From assembly GCA_049997815.1 (NCBI GenBank), contig JBEKVQ010000005.1, forward strand, positions 1 to 38,843: a stretch of DNA of 38,843 nt, given 5' to 3'. Source of the stretch: Minisyncoccia bacterium (GTDB taxonomy: Bacteria > Patescibacteriota > Minisyncoccia > UBA6257 > GWB1-50-10). Positions 7,816 to 15,974 of the stretch are shown here, piece by piece; the first letter of the stretch is position 1; each line of letters starts with the position of its first letter. The notes under the pieces were generated by a model. The model did not search any database, was not told where the DNA came from, and saw nothing but the letters and a program-made list of their open reading frames with translations. Position numbers and translations under genes: made by a program.

Positions 7816-10800
7816 TTACTGCGCTAAAAGTTTATTAATATATGTGCGGGTTAACGGGCCAAAAAAGCCGATGGCTGGTTTGATGCCCGCCTTTTTCTGA
7901 AACTCTGCGAGTGCACTATTGGTAAGGCTACCGAAATATCCAGTTGCGCCGGCATGGGCGAGCCGTTTTGTAGATGCTCCTGCATTATAACCAATCAGAA
8001 ATTTCTGAAGTCTAATTACGTCATTGCCATACAAACCAACCGAAAGATTATGCATAAAAAGGACTATTGGTATTGGCGGAAATGCAGGTGGAGTGGGCGG
8101 GGGCGTAGAGATGGGGTTACTGTTTGAAGCCGTAACTGTTGGCCACGAAGCAGGTACCCAAACAGCCCCTCCAGCTCCTGCTTGCCCCCCAAATGTTGTG
8201 TCAACTTGAAGGTCAGGATTGCCTCCCATGGCAACCCAAGCGCCTTGACCAGCTGAGTTACTTGTTCTTGCTTGCCAATGATAAGTTGTTCCCGCCATGG
8301 TTAAACCAGTGACAGTGACTGCTCCAATTACTGGAGAACCAGAATAAGAAACAGCATTCCCGGAATTAGTGACGGTGCCACTGAATGCCGTTCCGTTTTC
8401 TTGAACCTCCGCTTGTGGAGTAAGCAAATCAGAAATATTTCCAGAAGACATACCAAACTTAAGCGTTACGGCTGACCCGCCAGTAAAAGACCCTGGCCCC
8501 GGGGTTATTGTCGTTATTCCGTCAGATTTGTATTGAGCCAGTGAAGAGGGAGAACCGGGCAAAAGAAATTCATAGGCCCCAATGTCCGGTGCCGTTCCTT
8601 GAGGACGGGATGTGCCGACAAAATCACTGACAAATCCAGTGATTGTGCCCCCGGAATTAATTAGCGGGGAAGTCGATAGCAAATGAAAGTCCCCAGTTCC
8701 CGAATTTACGAACGCTGGATCAGCGCCAGACCAAGTAGTGCTTCCGGTATCAGTGTAAGTTCCTGTCCCGCCCCTACCGGAGTTTTTGAACCAATTATTG
8801 CTGCCGGTAAGTGTTGCCCCTGCCCCAATAAAAATATCACTTGTTGTTGAGTTGTAAACGACATTATTTTTCAAAGTTGCGTTAGAAGCGGCATTAAAAC
8901 CGTATCTGCCCGAACCAAATATTGTGTTGTAGTAATAATTTAAACCCGCGCTACCGCTACTAATGATTGCGTCGTTTGTTAATCCGTTGAAAATGGAGTC
9001 GTGTAAGTTAATATTGTAACTGCTACTAGAAATTAAAGCTCCGTTGTTTCCACCAAATTTGAAGTCGCCAATGTCCAGATAATTGTAGTCGTTTGTATTT
9101 AATGCCCCTCTATTATCAAAAGGAAGTTTGCCAAATTTAAAATCATCGATGTAAAAAGTAATGGGATTTTGGTAAGCATAAAAATATATCGCATTTAATT
9201 TCCCACCAGCAGTTATAGTTTCTATTCCGTTGACATTAAGCCATAATTGATTATCTATGTACATTTTAAAACTGCCACTCGTTGAATGAAGATAATCTTC
9301 GATATACATTTTATGCCAATTTCCGCTAGTAATACTTTTCCTGCTCGGAATTGTCCAATTGCTATTTTGGGGCGCATCTAAAACAATTTCGTTTGAATAA
9401 CGTGATGTGCTAGAAGGTGCAAGCGTGAGTCTCAGCTCGTAGCTTGAGTTATCCAAAATACGAAACATGTTTTGATCACTACTAGATGTTTGATCGGTAG
9501 GATAATAGAACCAGTAACTAACATACATTGTATCCCCTTCATTTATATTAGTTGCAACCACGTTCTTTAGGCTTAGAGAAACTGTACCTGATGCTCCTCG
9601 AACAACCTTGGCGGATTGTGCTCCTTCGTGAAAAATCGAAGTATCTGCTGTAATCGAACCGCCAGCTTGGTTAAAAGTAAAATTCCATGAGCTCGTTGCA
9701 CTTTCAAATGTTTCGGCTACAGCTGGTGTATTTGCTAAGTTTCCCCCAGAAAAAGTTGAGGTCGTATTCCCCCTCAAAGAAATATTACTCGTTCCGTTTC
9801 CGCTCCACCCCGCAATAAGGGGGCTACTGTAAGTATTTGTGCCAGCGAAACTAACAGTATCTCCCGGCTGAACATCTAATAATTCAAGATAATTAAGTGT
9901 TTTTATAGGTCTTGCTGAAGTGATTCCAAAGTTAGTCCAATCGACCCCATTGGTTCCATCAACATAAAAGGTTGTATTAGTTGGTATGACTCTTCCTATT
10001 GTGGCCCTTAATACCCCGCCCCAGCCATCTCCATAACCGTACAATCCACTCCAGTTTGTGGCATAATGCGAAGCCAAACCGGTGTACTCTGCTCCGTGTG
10101 ATGTGGCGCTGCTGCCAAAATCTTTAACTACTGTCCACGTTGTCCCATGGTCACTTGATACCACAATTTGATTTACATAGTTATTTGTACAAGACCATTC
10201 ATTAATGCCTATTGAACTAAAAACTATATTGCCCGCATCGTCTACATCAGCCCATCCCCAATAACCACATCCGGCAAGTGGGTAGACAACGTTTATAGTT
10301 TGAGTGAAATTATCATCTGTTATCCTTGCGATTGCTCTGGTTTTAGTTCCATATGGCGAGTGCATATCCATACCCACATAAATATAATTAGCATCTGAAG
10401 TTATTGCTGTAACTTCTACCGGAGTTGCGTCCGAAAAAGTTGGCAGAATAAAACTAAAATCACTGGCGGAGATTCCGTCTGCGTTTATTTTATTTGATGG
10501 CAGTTTTAAAATTCCATGATCTTGGTCACCAATTGCAACATAAAGAGCGTCACGATATGGGTCATAATAAACTTGATGAATATGATCTTCTGGCGGTGCC
10601 CAGTTGGCTACATTTGTCCAAGTTCCGTTTGGTCGCCTTCTCCATAAATGACCACCGGTCGTCAAAGTGTGTGTTGTATATTCTCCGGCCCACACATTTC
10701 CGTATTTATCTTCCGTAAAGTTCCATATTTTCCCGGTGCTGGTGGCATCAACGAATTGTTGCACCGGAGTGAAGTTTAATCCATCGGTACTTTCGAAAAT

Positions 10801-11148
10801 ATATGATTTACTGTCATCGGTTTTTTCCCCTCCGACATAAAGAATTCCGCGACTATCCAAAAACATGTCTCCTAGCATATCACCGCGCGGGTTTGGGTTT
10901 CCTGCATCGTTCCATTTTGTTCCATCAAACATGGAGGTGCCATAAGTTTGATTAATTGCAGTAACTTTATCTTTTTGAACCACCATTGCTCCACCACGAT
11001 AGGCGTGCGACACGACACCTTTATCAATCTGGACCCATCTTAAAGTTGCGGCATAGACAGGAGAACTAACTGCGAAGAAAAAAGTTACAAAGAAGAACAA
11101 AGAGAAAAGAAACTTTCTCTCGTATTTTGTCCTCGAGATTTTGTTCAT
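7816..11148 (-). CDS. Large secreted multidomain surface protein: beta-propeller (BNR-like), beta-helix with a lectin/LamG-like insert, choice-of-anchor Q-like segment, C-terminal peptidoglycan-binding domain
   Basis: Signal peptide ending PVYA; Asp-box-like STDGLNF and SSDHGTTW; FYVDGTNGVD; GDFHLLSTSPLINSG...PDIGAYE; Pro-rich linker; DVIRLQKFL...TGYFGSLT...FQKKAGI...GFFGPLTR. Confidence 0.8.
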   Translation of the reverse strand: MNKISRTKYERKFLFSLFFFVTFFFAVSSPVYAATLRWVQIDKGVVSHAYRGGAMVVQKDKVTAINQTYGTSMFDGTKWNDAGNPNPRGDMLGDMFLDSRGILYVGGEKTDDSKSYIFESTDGLNFTPVQQFVDATSTGKIWNFTEDKYGNVWAGEYTTHTLTTGGHLWRRRPNGTWTNVANWAPPEDHIHQVYYDPYRDALYVAIGDQDHGILKLPSNKINADGISASDFSFILPTFSDATPVEVTAITSDANYIYVGMDMHSPYGTKTRAIARITDDNFTQTINVVYPLAGCGYWGWADVDDAGNIVFSSIGINEWSCTNNYVNQIVVSSDHGTTWTVVKDFGSSATSHGAEYTGLASHYATNWSGLYGYGDGWGGVLRATIGRVIPTNTTFYVDGTNGVDWTNFGITSARPIKTLNYLELLDVQPGDTVSFAGTNTYSSPLIAGWSGNGTSNISLRGNTTSTFSGGNLANTPAVAETFESATSSWNFTFNQAGGSITADTSIFHEGAQSAKVVRGASGTVSLSLKNVVATNINEGDTMYVSYWFYYPTDQTSSSDQNMFRILDNSSYELRLTLAPSSTSRYSNEIVLDAPQNSNWTIPSRKSITSGNWHKMYIEDYLHSTSGSFKMYIDNQLWLNVNGIETITAGGKLNAIYFYAYQNPITFYIDDFKFGKLPFDNRGALNTNDYNYLDIGDFKFGGNNGALISSSSYNINLHDSIFNGLTNDAIISSGSAGLNYYYNTIFGSGRYGFNAASNATLKNNVVYNSTTSDIFIGAGATLTGSNNWFKNSGRGGTGTYTDTGSTTWSGADPAFVNSGTGDFHLLSTSPLINSGGTITGFVSDFVGTSRPQGTAPDIGAYEFLLPGSPSSLAQYKSDGITTITPGPGSFTGGSAVTLKFGMSSGNISDLLTPQAEVQENGTAFSGTVTNSGNAVSYSGSPVIGAVTVTGLTMAGTTYHWQARTSNSAGQGAWVAMGGNPDLQVDTTFGGQAGAGGAVWVPASWPTVTASNSNPISTPPPTPPAFPPIPIVLFMHNLSVGLYGNDVIRLQKFLIGYNAGASTKRLAHAGATGYFGSLTNSALAEFQKKAGIKPAIGFFGPLTRTYINKLLAQ

Positions 11149-11251
11149 AACTTCTGATTTATAGTTCCCTTTACTTATATCATAGCAAAATCTTGATGTT
11201 GGATGTAAATAACTACGATCTATCAGCCCCCGAAGAGCGTTAATAAATGAC

Positions 11252-11310
11252 GTTCGATTCTCCGTGGCATGAACAGCGAGAGGCGAGGTTGACTCTCCGT
11301 GGGGCTACCA
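11252..11310 (+). repeat. Two tandem degenerate tRNA 3'-end fragments (att-like scars)
   Basis: GTTCGATTCTCCGTGG (11252-11267) and GGTTGACTCTCCGTGGGGCTACCA (11287-11310, ending in CCA). ACTCTCCGTGGG also occurs at 7758-7769. Confidence 0.6.
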
Positions 11311-11455
11311 AGTTAGATTTATTACCGCTATATTCCTCTAAGCACTAGTAAGTGCCGTATTACCGACCTTTTTTCAGATCCAAGCCGAATAATTGCCATT
11401 CCTTCAGCTCTGCTATAATATGATTCCAATCACGTCCCACTAGGACTACAAGATC

Positions 11456-12952
11456 ATGGACCAAAAAGGATTTGTCCAGATACCCATACTTATCGCAATC
11501 ATCGTGGGTGTTTTAGTTTTAAGCGGCGTCGGCTATTTTGGAGCGGAGCAGTATAAAAATTACCAAGCTGGAAAAATTGAGAAGGAAAAAATAGCAGAAG
11601 AGACCCAACGGCAAAGAGATTTGGAGATTGGTGCATTAAAGCAAGAAGTCGAAACGCTTAAGAAGCAACCAATAGTTCAGCCATCACCGGTGACAACTTC
11701 CACAACGCCCGTCACGATTACAACACCTGTTATTACGCCCATCGCTCAGTCCTCCATACAACCTCCCACTTCCACGTTCAGCAATATAAACGGTTGCGGA
11801 ACGTATGCTAGTAGCGGAAACTATCAACTAAATAGGGATATATTAGCTACGAATCCCGGTTGTCTTAAAATCAGCGGGGCGACGAATCTAACTCTTGATT
11901 GCCAAGGGCACGCGATTGAGTATACGGCCAATGGCATAAGCGTAAGTGCCGATAAAAATTACCTTTATACCGATTCGGCAACGGATTATTCCGCACCCTT
12001 GGTAGATATACAAAATTCACAAAATTCCTCCATTAAAAATTGTACTTTAGAAACGGACGGGCAAATCCCGCTATCAATAACCGGAAGTAGGGAACTCACT
12101 GTCAGTAATAACGTAATCAATGAATCGCCTTATTTTACGGCGCATGTTAGCGTAAATTCAAGCGATAAAATTACGTTTATGAGCAATAATGTCCATGTTT
12201 ATTATGAACAGATGAAAACTAATCATAGCGATATTAAGGACAACAACTTTTTATGGCAGCAGCCATCTAAAATGAACAAGACGTACATTAACAGTGTGGT
12301 AGAGCTTAGTAATGGTTCGTATAACGTTGTAGAAAATAACACCATCAATGGTTCAGCAGATGGAGTTTGTTGCGATAGGAGAATCGGTGCTGACCACAGC
12401 ATAGGATTGATAAATGAAAGCAATGACGTCGTTTCCCAAAACAAAGCATCTAATAATTGGTTTCTCGGGATGGAAACGGTTGGCCGAATAGAAAACTCGC
12501 TCATTGACAATAATTTTATTGACAATACCGGAGCGGGCGGCATTGGATCTGTCTATCTGACAAGTTGGATTAATAACACAGTGTCGAATAATCAGGTAAA
12601 TGACTCCGGTCTCTTGTTCAATTTCGACAGGGAAAATGGATTATTGGCTAATGAAAGTGCGATTTATTTCAAAGATAACAATTTTATAAATAATTCTTTT
12701 AGAAATTATAACGGCTTTGGCGAAGGAAACTCGGCGTCGTTTCATTTTCAACCTCCCTTTTCATTGCAGACCAGCGCAGAACGGCAACCGGCCGCTTCAG
12801 AAATTATCCTAAGCAACAATCTATTTCAAGAAAATGACTTCAATAAAAACCAACCCGCTCCGATATTTTATCCAGTTGGTATGGTTAAAGATGGAGGGGG
12901 AAATATTTGCGGTAAGAGCAATATAGTACCCTATCCCTTATCTTGTAACTAG
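11456..12952 (+). CDS. Membrane-anchored right-handed parallel beta-helix (NosD/pectin-lyase-like) protein
   Basis: Pilin-like N-terminus QKGFVQIPILIAIIV, coiled coil, Thr/Pro-rich stalk, LTLDCQGHAI and Asn-rich beta-helix repeats. Upstream TGCTATAAT. Confidence 0.75.
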   Translation: MDQKGFVQIPILIAIIVGVLVLSGVGYFGAEQYKNYQAGKIEKEKIAEETQRQRDLEIGALKQEVETLKKQPIVQPSPVTTSTTPVTITTPVITPIAQSSIQPPTSTFSNINGCGTYASSGNYQLNRDILATNPGCLKISGATNLTLDCQGHAIEYTANGISVSADKNYLYTDSATDYSAPLVDIQNSQNSSIKNCTLETDGQIPLSITGSRELTVSNNVINESPYFTAHVSVNSSDKITFMSNNVHVYYEQMKTNHSDIKDNNFLWQQPSKMNKTYINSVVELSNGSYNVVENNTINGSADGVCCDRRIGADHSIGLINESNDVVSQNKASNNWFLGMETVGRIENSLIDNNFIDNTGAGGIGSVYLTSWINNTVSNNQVNDSGLLFNFDRENGLLANESAIYFKDNNFINNSFRNYNGFGEGNSASFHFQPPFSLQTSAERQPAASEIILSNNLFQENDFNKNQPAPIFYPVGMVKDGGGNICGKSNIVPYPLSCN

Positions 12953-12988
12953 AAGATTCTAGCGTTATCTACCAGTGCCTACAAAACG

Positions 12989-13023
12989 AAAAAGCTCATC
13001 AAATTTCAGACGAGCTTTTTTCT
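12989..13023. terminator. Probable bidirectional terminator between convergent genes
   Basis: AAAAAGCTC...GAGCTTTTT inverted repeat. Confidence 0.55.
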
Positions 13024-13329
13024 GTCATCAAAAAGATTGCAGGCCGCGATGAATGAACCCATGGACCCAAATGCCTTTCTGTATGTGACCTTACCTCCGG
13101 TCAGTCTGAAGATTTCATCCTGAGTTAACTTCCGAAGCTTTGACGCATTCTTCTCTTCGAGGATGTTGGCCTTGCCGGATTCTTCTCCGGTCTTGGCTAT
13201 ATGACACAATCCATCTATCCATGCCACACCCACAGGCTCACCGGTAACGAACATTAGATCTTTCTCCGGGAAGGGTTTCTCCACTCCATAGAAACCATTC
13301 TTTAAAAACCGCGTCTCGGACTTTTTCAT
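13006..13329 (-). CDS. Hypothetical protein
   Basis: 107-aa ORF filling the gap; GGGGG 3 nt before the ATG; no recognised motif. Confidence 0.55.
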   Translation of the reverse strand: MKKSETRFLKNGFYGVEKPFPEKDLMFVTGEPVGVAWIDGLCHIAKTGEESGKANILEEKNASKLRKLTQDEIFRLTGGKVTYRKAFGSMGSFIAACNLFDDRKKLV

Positions 13330-13455
13330 GATTCCCCCAATCGGTCATTTTAGATTATTAAACCCTTTCGAAAAGCCAACTTCATTCAACTTCATCCGGA
13401 GAACGTTGTCAACTGGAAATGAAAAAATATCCGATTCTGTGTTAGAATGGAGCAG

Positions 13456-13791
13456 ATGAATATTTTCAGGCAGAAAATCCTTTTAATTTTGATGGGCATC
13501 ACGGGAGTGCTCTTCGGAGCCAGTTTGGTTCTGGCCCTCTTCCGACTCAACGGGCTTTCATACCCGGTCATTCTTCACTTTGACCCGTTCCGGGGCGTGG
13601 ACTTTCTGGGAGACATGACCGACTTCTGGAGCATCTGGGTGGGTAGTATTGTCTTTGCGGGACTGAATGCCTGGCTTGCTGAAACCCTCTTCTACCGCGA
13701 ACGCTTCCTTTCTTATCTCTTTATCTCCGCGAACGTGCTTATCGCGCTTCTCATACTTATAATTACGGGAGTGGTCATTGGAGCCAACTGA
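13456..13791 (+). CDS. Conserved membrane protein (three TM segments, DUF1648-like)
   Basis: PVILHFDPFRGVD motif between TM segments. Start moved to the second Met because TAGAAT overlaps the first ATG. Confidence 0.7.
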   Translation: MNIFRQKILLILMGITGVLFGASLVLALFRLNGLSYPVILHFDPFRGVDFLGDMTDFWSIWVGSIVFAGLNAWLAETLFYRERFLSYLFISANVLIALLILIITGVVIGAN

Positions 13792-13794
13792 AAC

Positions 13795-14844
13795 ATGGAC
13801 ACGAATACTCTTCTTATACTGGCGGTCTTGATAATCGGATTTATTGCGGTTATTTATTTTCTTAGGAAGAAACCGGAATCACCCAAGGAGGACGGGCAGG
13901 CGATGGCTATGCTCCTGAACCAGATGAACGAGATGCGGAATACGGTGGACAAGAAACTGGGCGAATCCCACACCTTCGTCCAGAACCAGTTCGGCCAGAG
14001 TCAGAAGATAATCAAGGAGATAACTCAGGAACTCACGCGGGTGAACGAGGGAAACAAGCAGGTGATGAACATCACAGACCAGCTCCGCTCACTTCAGGAT
14101 ACCCTCACCAACACCAAACAGCGGGGAATGCTCGGCGAATATTCGCTTGAGGTTATCTTGGATAACTACTTCCCGCAAAGCTACGAACGCCAATACAAAT
14201 TCAAAAACGGGGATATCGTTGACTTTATCATAAGAGTGAAAGACAAACTGATACCCATAGATTCCAAATTCAGTTTGGACAATTACCAACGCATCCTCGA
14301 AGCGAAAACGGATGCCGAGCGAAATCAATTTGAGGAAATATTCAAGTCCGACCTGAAGAAACGCATTGATGAGACATCAAAATACATCAAGCCAAATGAA
14401 GGCACGATGGATTTCGCTTTCATGTTCATCCCTGCCGAGGCGATATATTATGACCTGCTTATCAACCGAATCGGAGCCGTGAAATCTAATACGCGCGACC
14501 TGGTGGAATACGCCATGGGAGAAAAACACGTAGTCATCGTTTCGCCGACTTCTTTCCTAGCCTACCTGCAAACTGTTCTCCAAGGACTAAAAGCGCTTCA
14601 AATAGAGGAATCGGCCAAGGAAATAGGGAAAAGAGTAGAAGAACTACGAAGACATATCTCGAACTACGATACATACATGGGAAAACTCGGCACTCAACTG
14701 GGAACGTCCGTCCGAACCTATAATACCGCCTACAAGGAGTTCGGGAAGATAGACAAGGACGTTCTAAGAATCACTGGCGAAGCGGCAGGGATAGAACCGA
14801 TGGTTTTGGAGGGTCCGGAGAATAATTCCGATGAAGACGAGTAA
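13795..14844 (+). CDS. rmuC: DNA recombination protein RmuC
   Basis: N-terminal TM, coiled coil, KQRGMLGE, IPIDSKF, TMDFAFMFIPAEAIY and IVSPT motifs. Confidence 0.95.
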   Translation: MDTNTLLILAVLIIGFIAVIYFLRKKPESPKEDGQAMAMLLNQMNEMRNTVDKKLGESHTFVQNQFGQSQKIIKEITQELTRVNEGNKQVMNITDQLRSLQDTLTNTKQRGMLGEYSLEVILDNYFPQSYERQYKFKNGDIVDFIIRVKDKLIPIDSKFSLDNYQRILEAKTDAERNQFEEIFKSDLKKRIDETSKYIKPNEGTMDFAFMFIPAEAIYYDLLINRIGAVKSNTRDLVEYAMGEKHVVIVSPTSFLAYLQTVLQGLKALQIEESAKEIGKRVEELRRHISNYDTYMGKLGTQLGTSVRTYNTAYKEFGKIDKDVLRITGEAAGIEPMVLEGPENNSDEDE

Positions 14845-15682
14845 AGCGCCGCTCCCGAACAAAGTTCTGGAATTCTATTCCAAGATTGGCCGACCGCTTA
14901 CGGCCGTAGAACTGGCGCGTCTCGAACCCCGCTGCCGGAAAACGAGCGAGATCCTCGAGGAACTGGACAAGTTGGAAGATAAAAAGACCGTGAGCCGAAA
15001 GGACGGCTTTTGGGCCGTGAGGGGAACGAATCTGGAAAGCCGCCGCCGACAGGACCTGATACTCGACCTGAAGTGGAAGAAACTCGTGAAACTTTCCCGA
15101 TGGTTCCGCTTCGTGCCTTTTCTTAAATTCGTGCTCGCGAACGGTTCGTTGGTGCTGGGACTCGCGAGCGAAAGTTCGGATTTTGACGTGCTGGTCGCCG
15201 TGCGAGAAGGAAGAATATTCACCACCCGCTACATTTTGAATCTCGTCTTCTCGCTTCTGCGCGCCCGCCGACTGGACGACCTAAAAGGCAGCAGCCCGAA
15301 TAAATTTTGCTTCAATCACCTCATCACTCCGCCGATATACCGGAAGGATGGTCTGAACGGGTTCGGCGCGGAGATATATCGGAATCTCGTGCCGATTTAC
15401 GGTAGGGAAAATGACATCCGCGAGTTTCTGGAAGCCAACTGGCTCTACGGCATAAATCCCGAAGCGAATCTGCTGGATATGCGTTTCCGGGAGATGAAAC
15501 CGAATCTTTTCGCGCGCTCACTGGAATGGCTCCTGGGAGGTTTCTTTGGAAATTTCGTAGAGAAGAAAATCGCCGAACCCATCGCTAGGCGCCGCCTCGA
15601 AAAGTATCTGAGCCACAAGCCCATCAAAGACCGGGTGATAGTATCGGAGAGGGAACTGGAGTTCCATTTTCAGTTACAGTGA
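14831..15682 (+). CDS. Nucleotidyltransferase-domain protein (Pol-beta superfamily) with an N-terminal wHTH-like region
   Basis: ANGSLVLG...SSDFDVLV (GS..DxD) motif. Confidence 0.7.
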   Translation: MKTSKAPLPNKVLEFYSKIGRPLTAVELARLEPRCRKTSEILEELDKLEDKKTVSRKDGFWAVRGTNLESRRRQDLILDLKWKKLVKLSRWFRFVPFLKFVLANGSLVLGLASESSDFDVLVAVREGRIFTTRYILNLVFSLLRARRLDDLKGSSPNKFCFNHLITPPIYRKDGLNGFGAEIYRNLVPIYGRENDIREFLEANWLYGINPEANLLDMRFREMKPNLFARSLEWLLGGFFGNFVEKKIAEPIARRRLEKYLSHKPIKDRVIVSERELEFHFQLQ

Positions 15683-15692
15683 AGTTTAGAAC

Positions 15693-15721
15693 TTGCTTTT
15701 TTTAGGGGCGTATGATACAAT
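15693..15721 (+). promoter_or_regulatory. Sigma70-type promoter
   Basis: TTGCTT (15693-15698), 17-bp spacer, TACAAT (15716-15721) with an extended TG. Confidence 0.7.
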
Positions 15722-15725
15722 GCCC

Positions 15726-15837
15726 ATCGTGTGAAGTGCAGAGTTTTCCTTATCTCTAACTCCGGCGCAAGCTTGAGTCAGGGAAACCTAAGGAAAGCCC
15801 TTCCGATTCCCCCCGGCGCAAGCCGGGGTGGTTTTTT
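15726..15837 (+). ncRNA. Candidate ~110-nt small RNA or attenuator of unknown family
   Basis: Own promoter; long irregular stem (TTTCCTTA/TAAGGAAA, TCTCT/AGGGA, ACTC/GAGT, GCAA tetraloop); terminator CCCCGGC-GCAA-GCCGGGG..TTTTTT. Confidence 0.55.
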
Positions 15838-15866
15838 GTAAACGACTGCTATATCCTAATATCCAG

Positions 15867-15968
15867 ACGGGTTAGTGAGTCCCTCTGAGCAGCCATGGGT
15901 TGAGCACTCACACAACAATACAAAAATTGGAGGTCACCACCATGGCTGCTCACAGGGAGACCCGTTAA
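15867..15968 (+). repeat. Long inverted-repeat element upstream of secA containing an SD sequence and an 8-codon ORF
   Basis: TCCCT.TGAGCAGCCATGG (15880-15898) / CCATGGCTGCTCA.AGGGA (15940-15958); outer ACGGGT/ACCCGT; GGAGGT at 15929-15934; ORF MAAHRETR at 15942-15968. Confidence 0.65.
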
Positions 15969-15974
15969 CCGATA

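Noticed and set aside
12951-12984. Possible far-right att scar of the tRNA-Glu island (AGAAGATTC...GTGCCTACA before a hairpin)
   Set aside because: Similarity to the tRNA 3' end is too weak to distinguish from chance.
15726-15837. Assignment as SRP RNA, twister ribozyme or c-di-AMP riboswitch
   Set aside because: Only short fragments resemble these families and the diagnostic motifs are missing or out of order. Kept as an unknown RNA.
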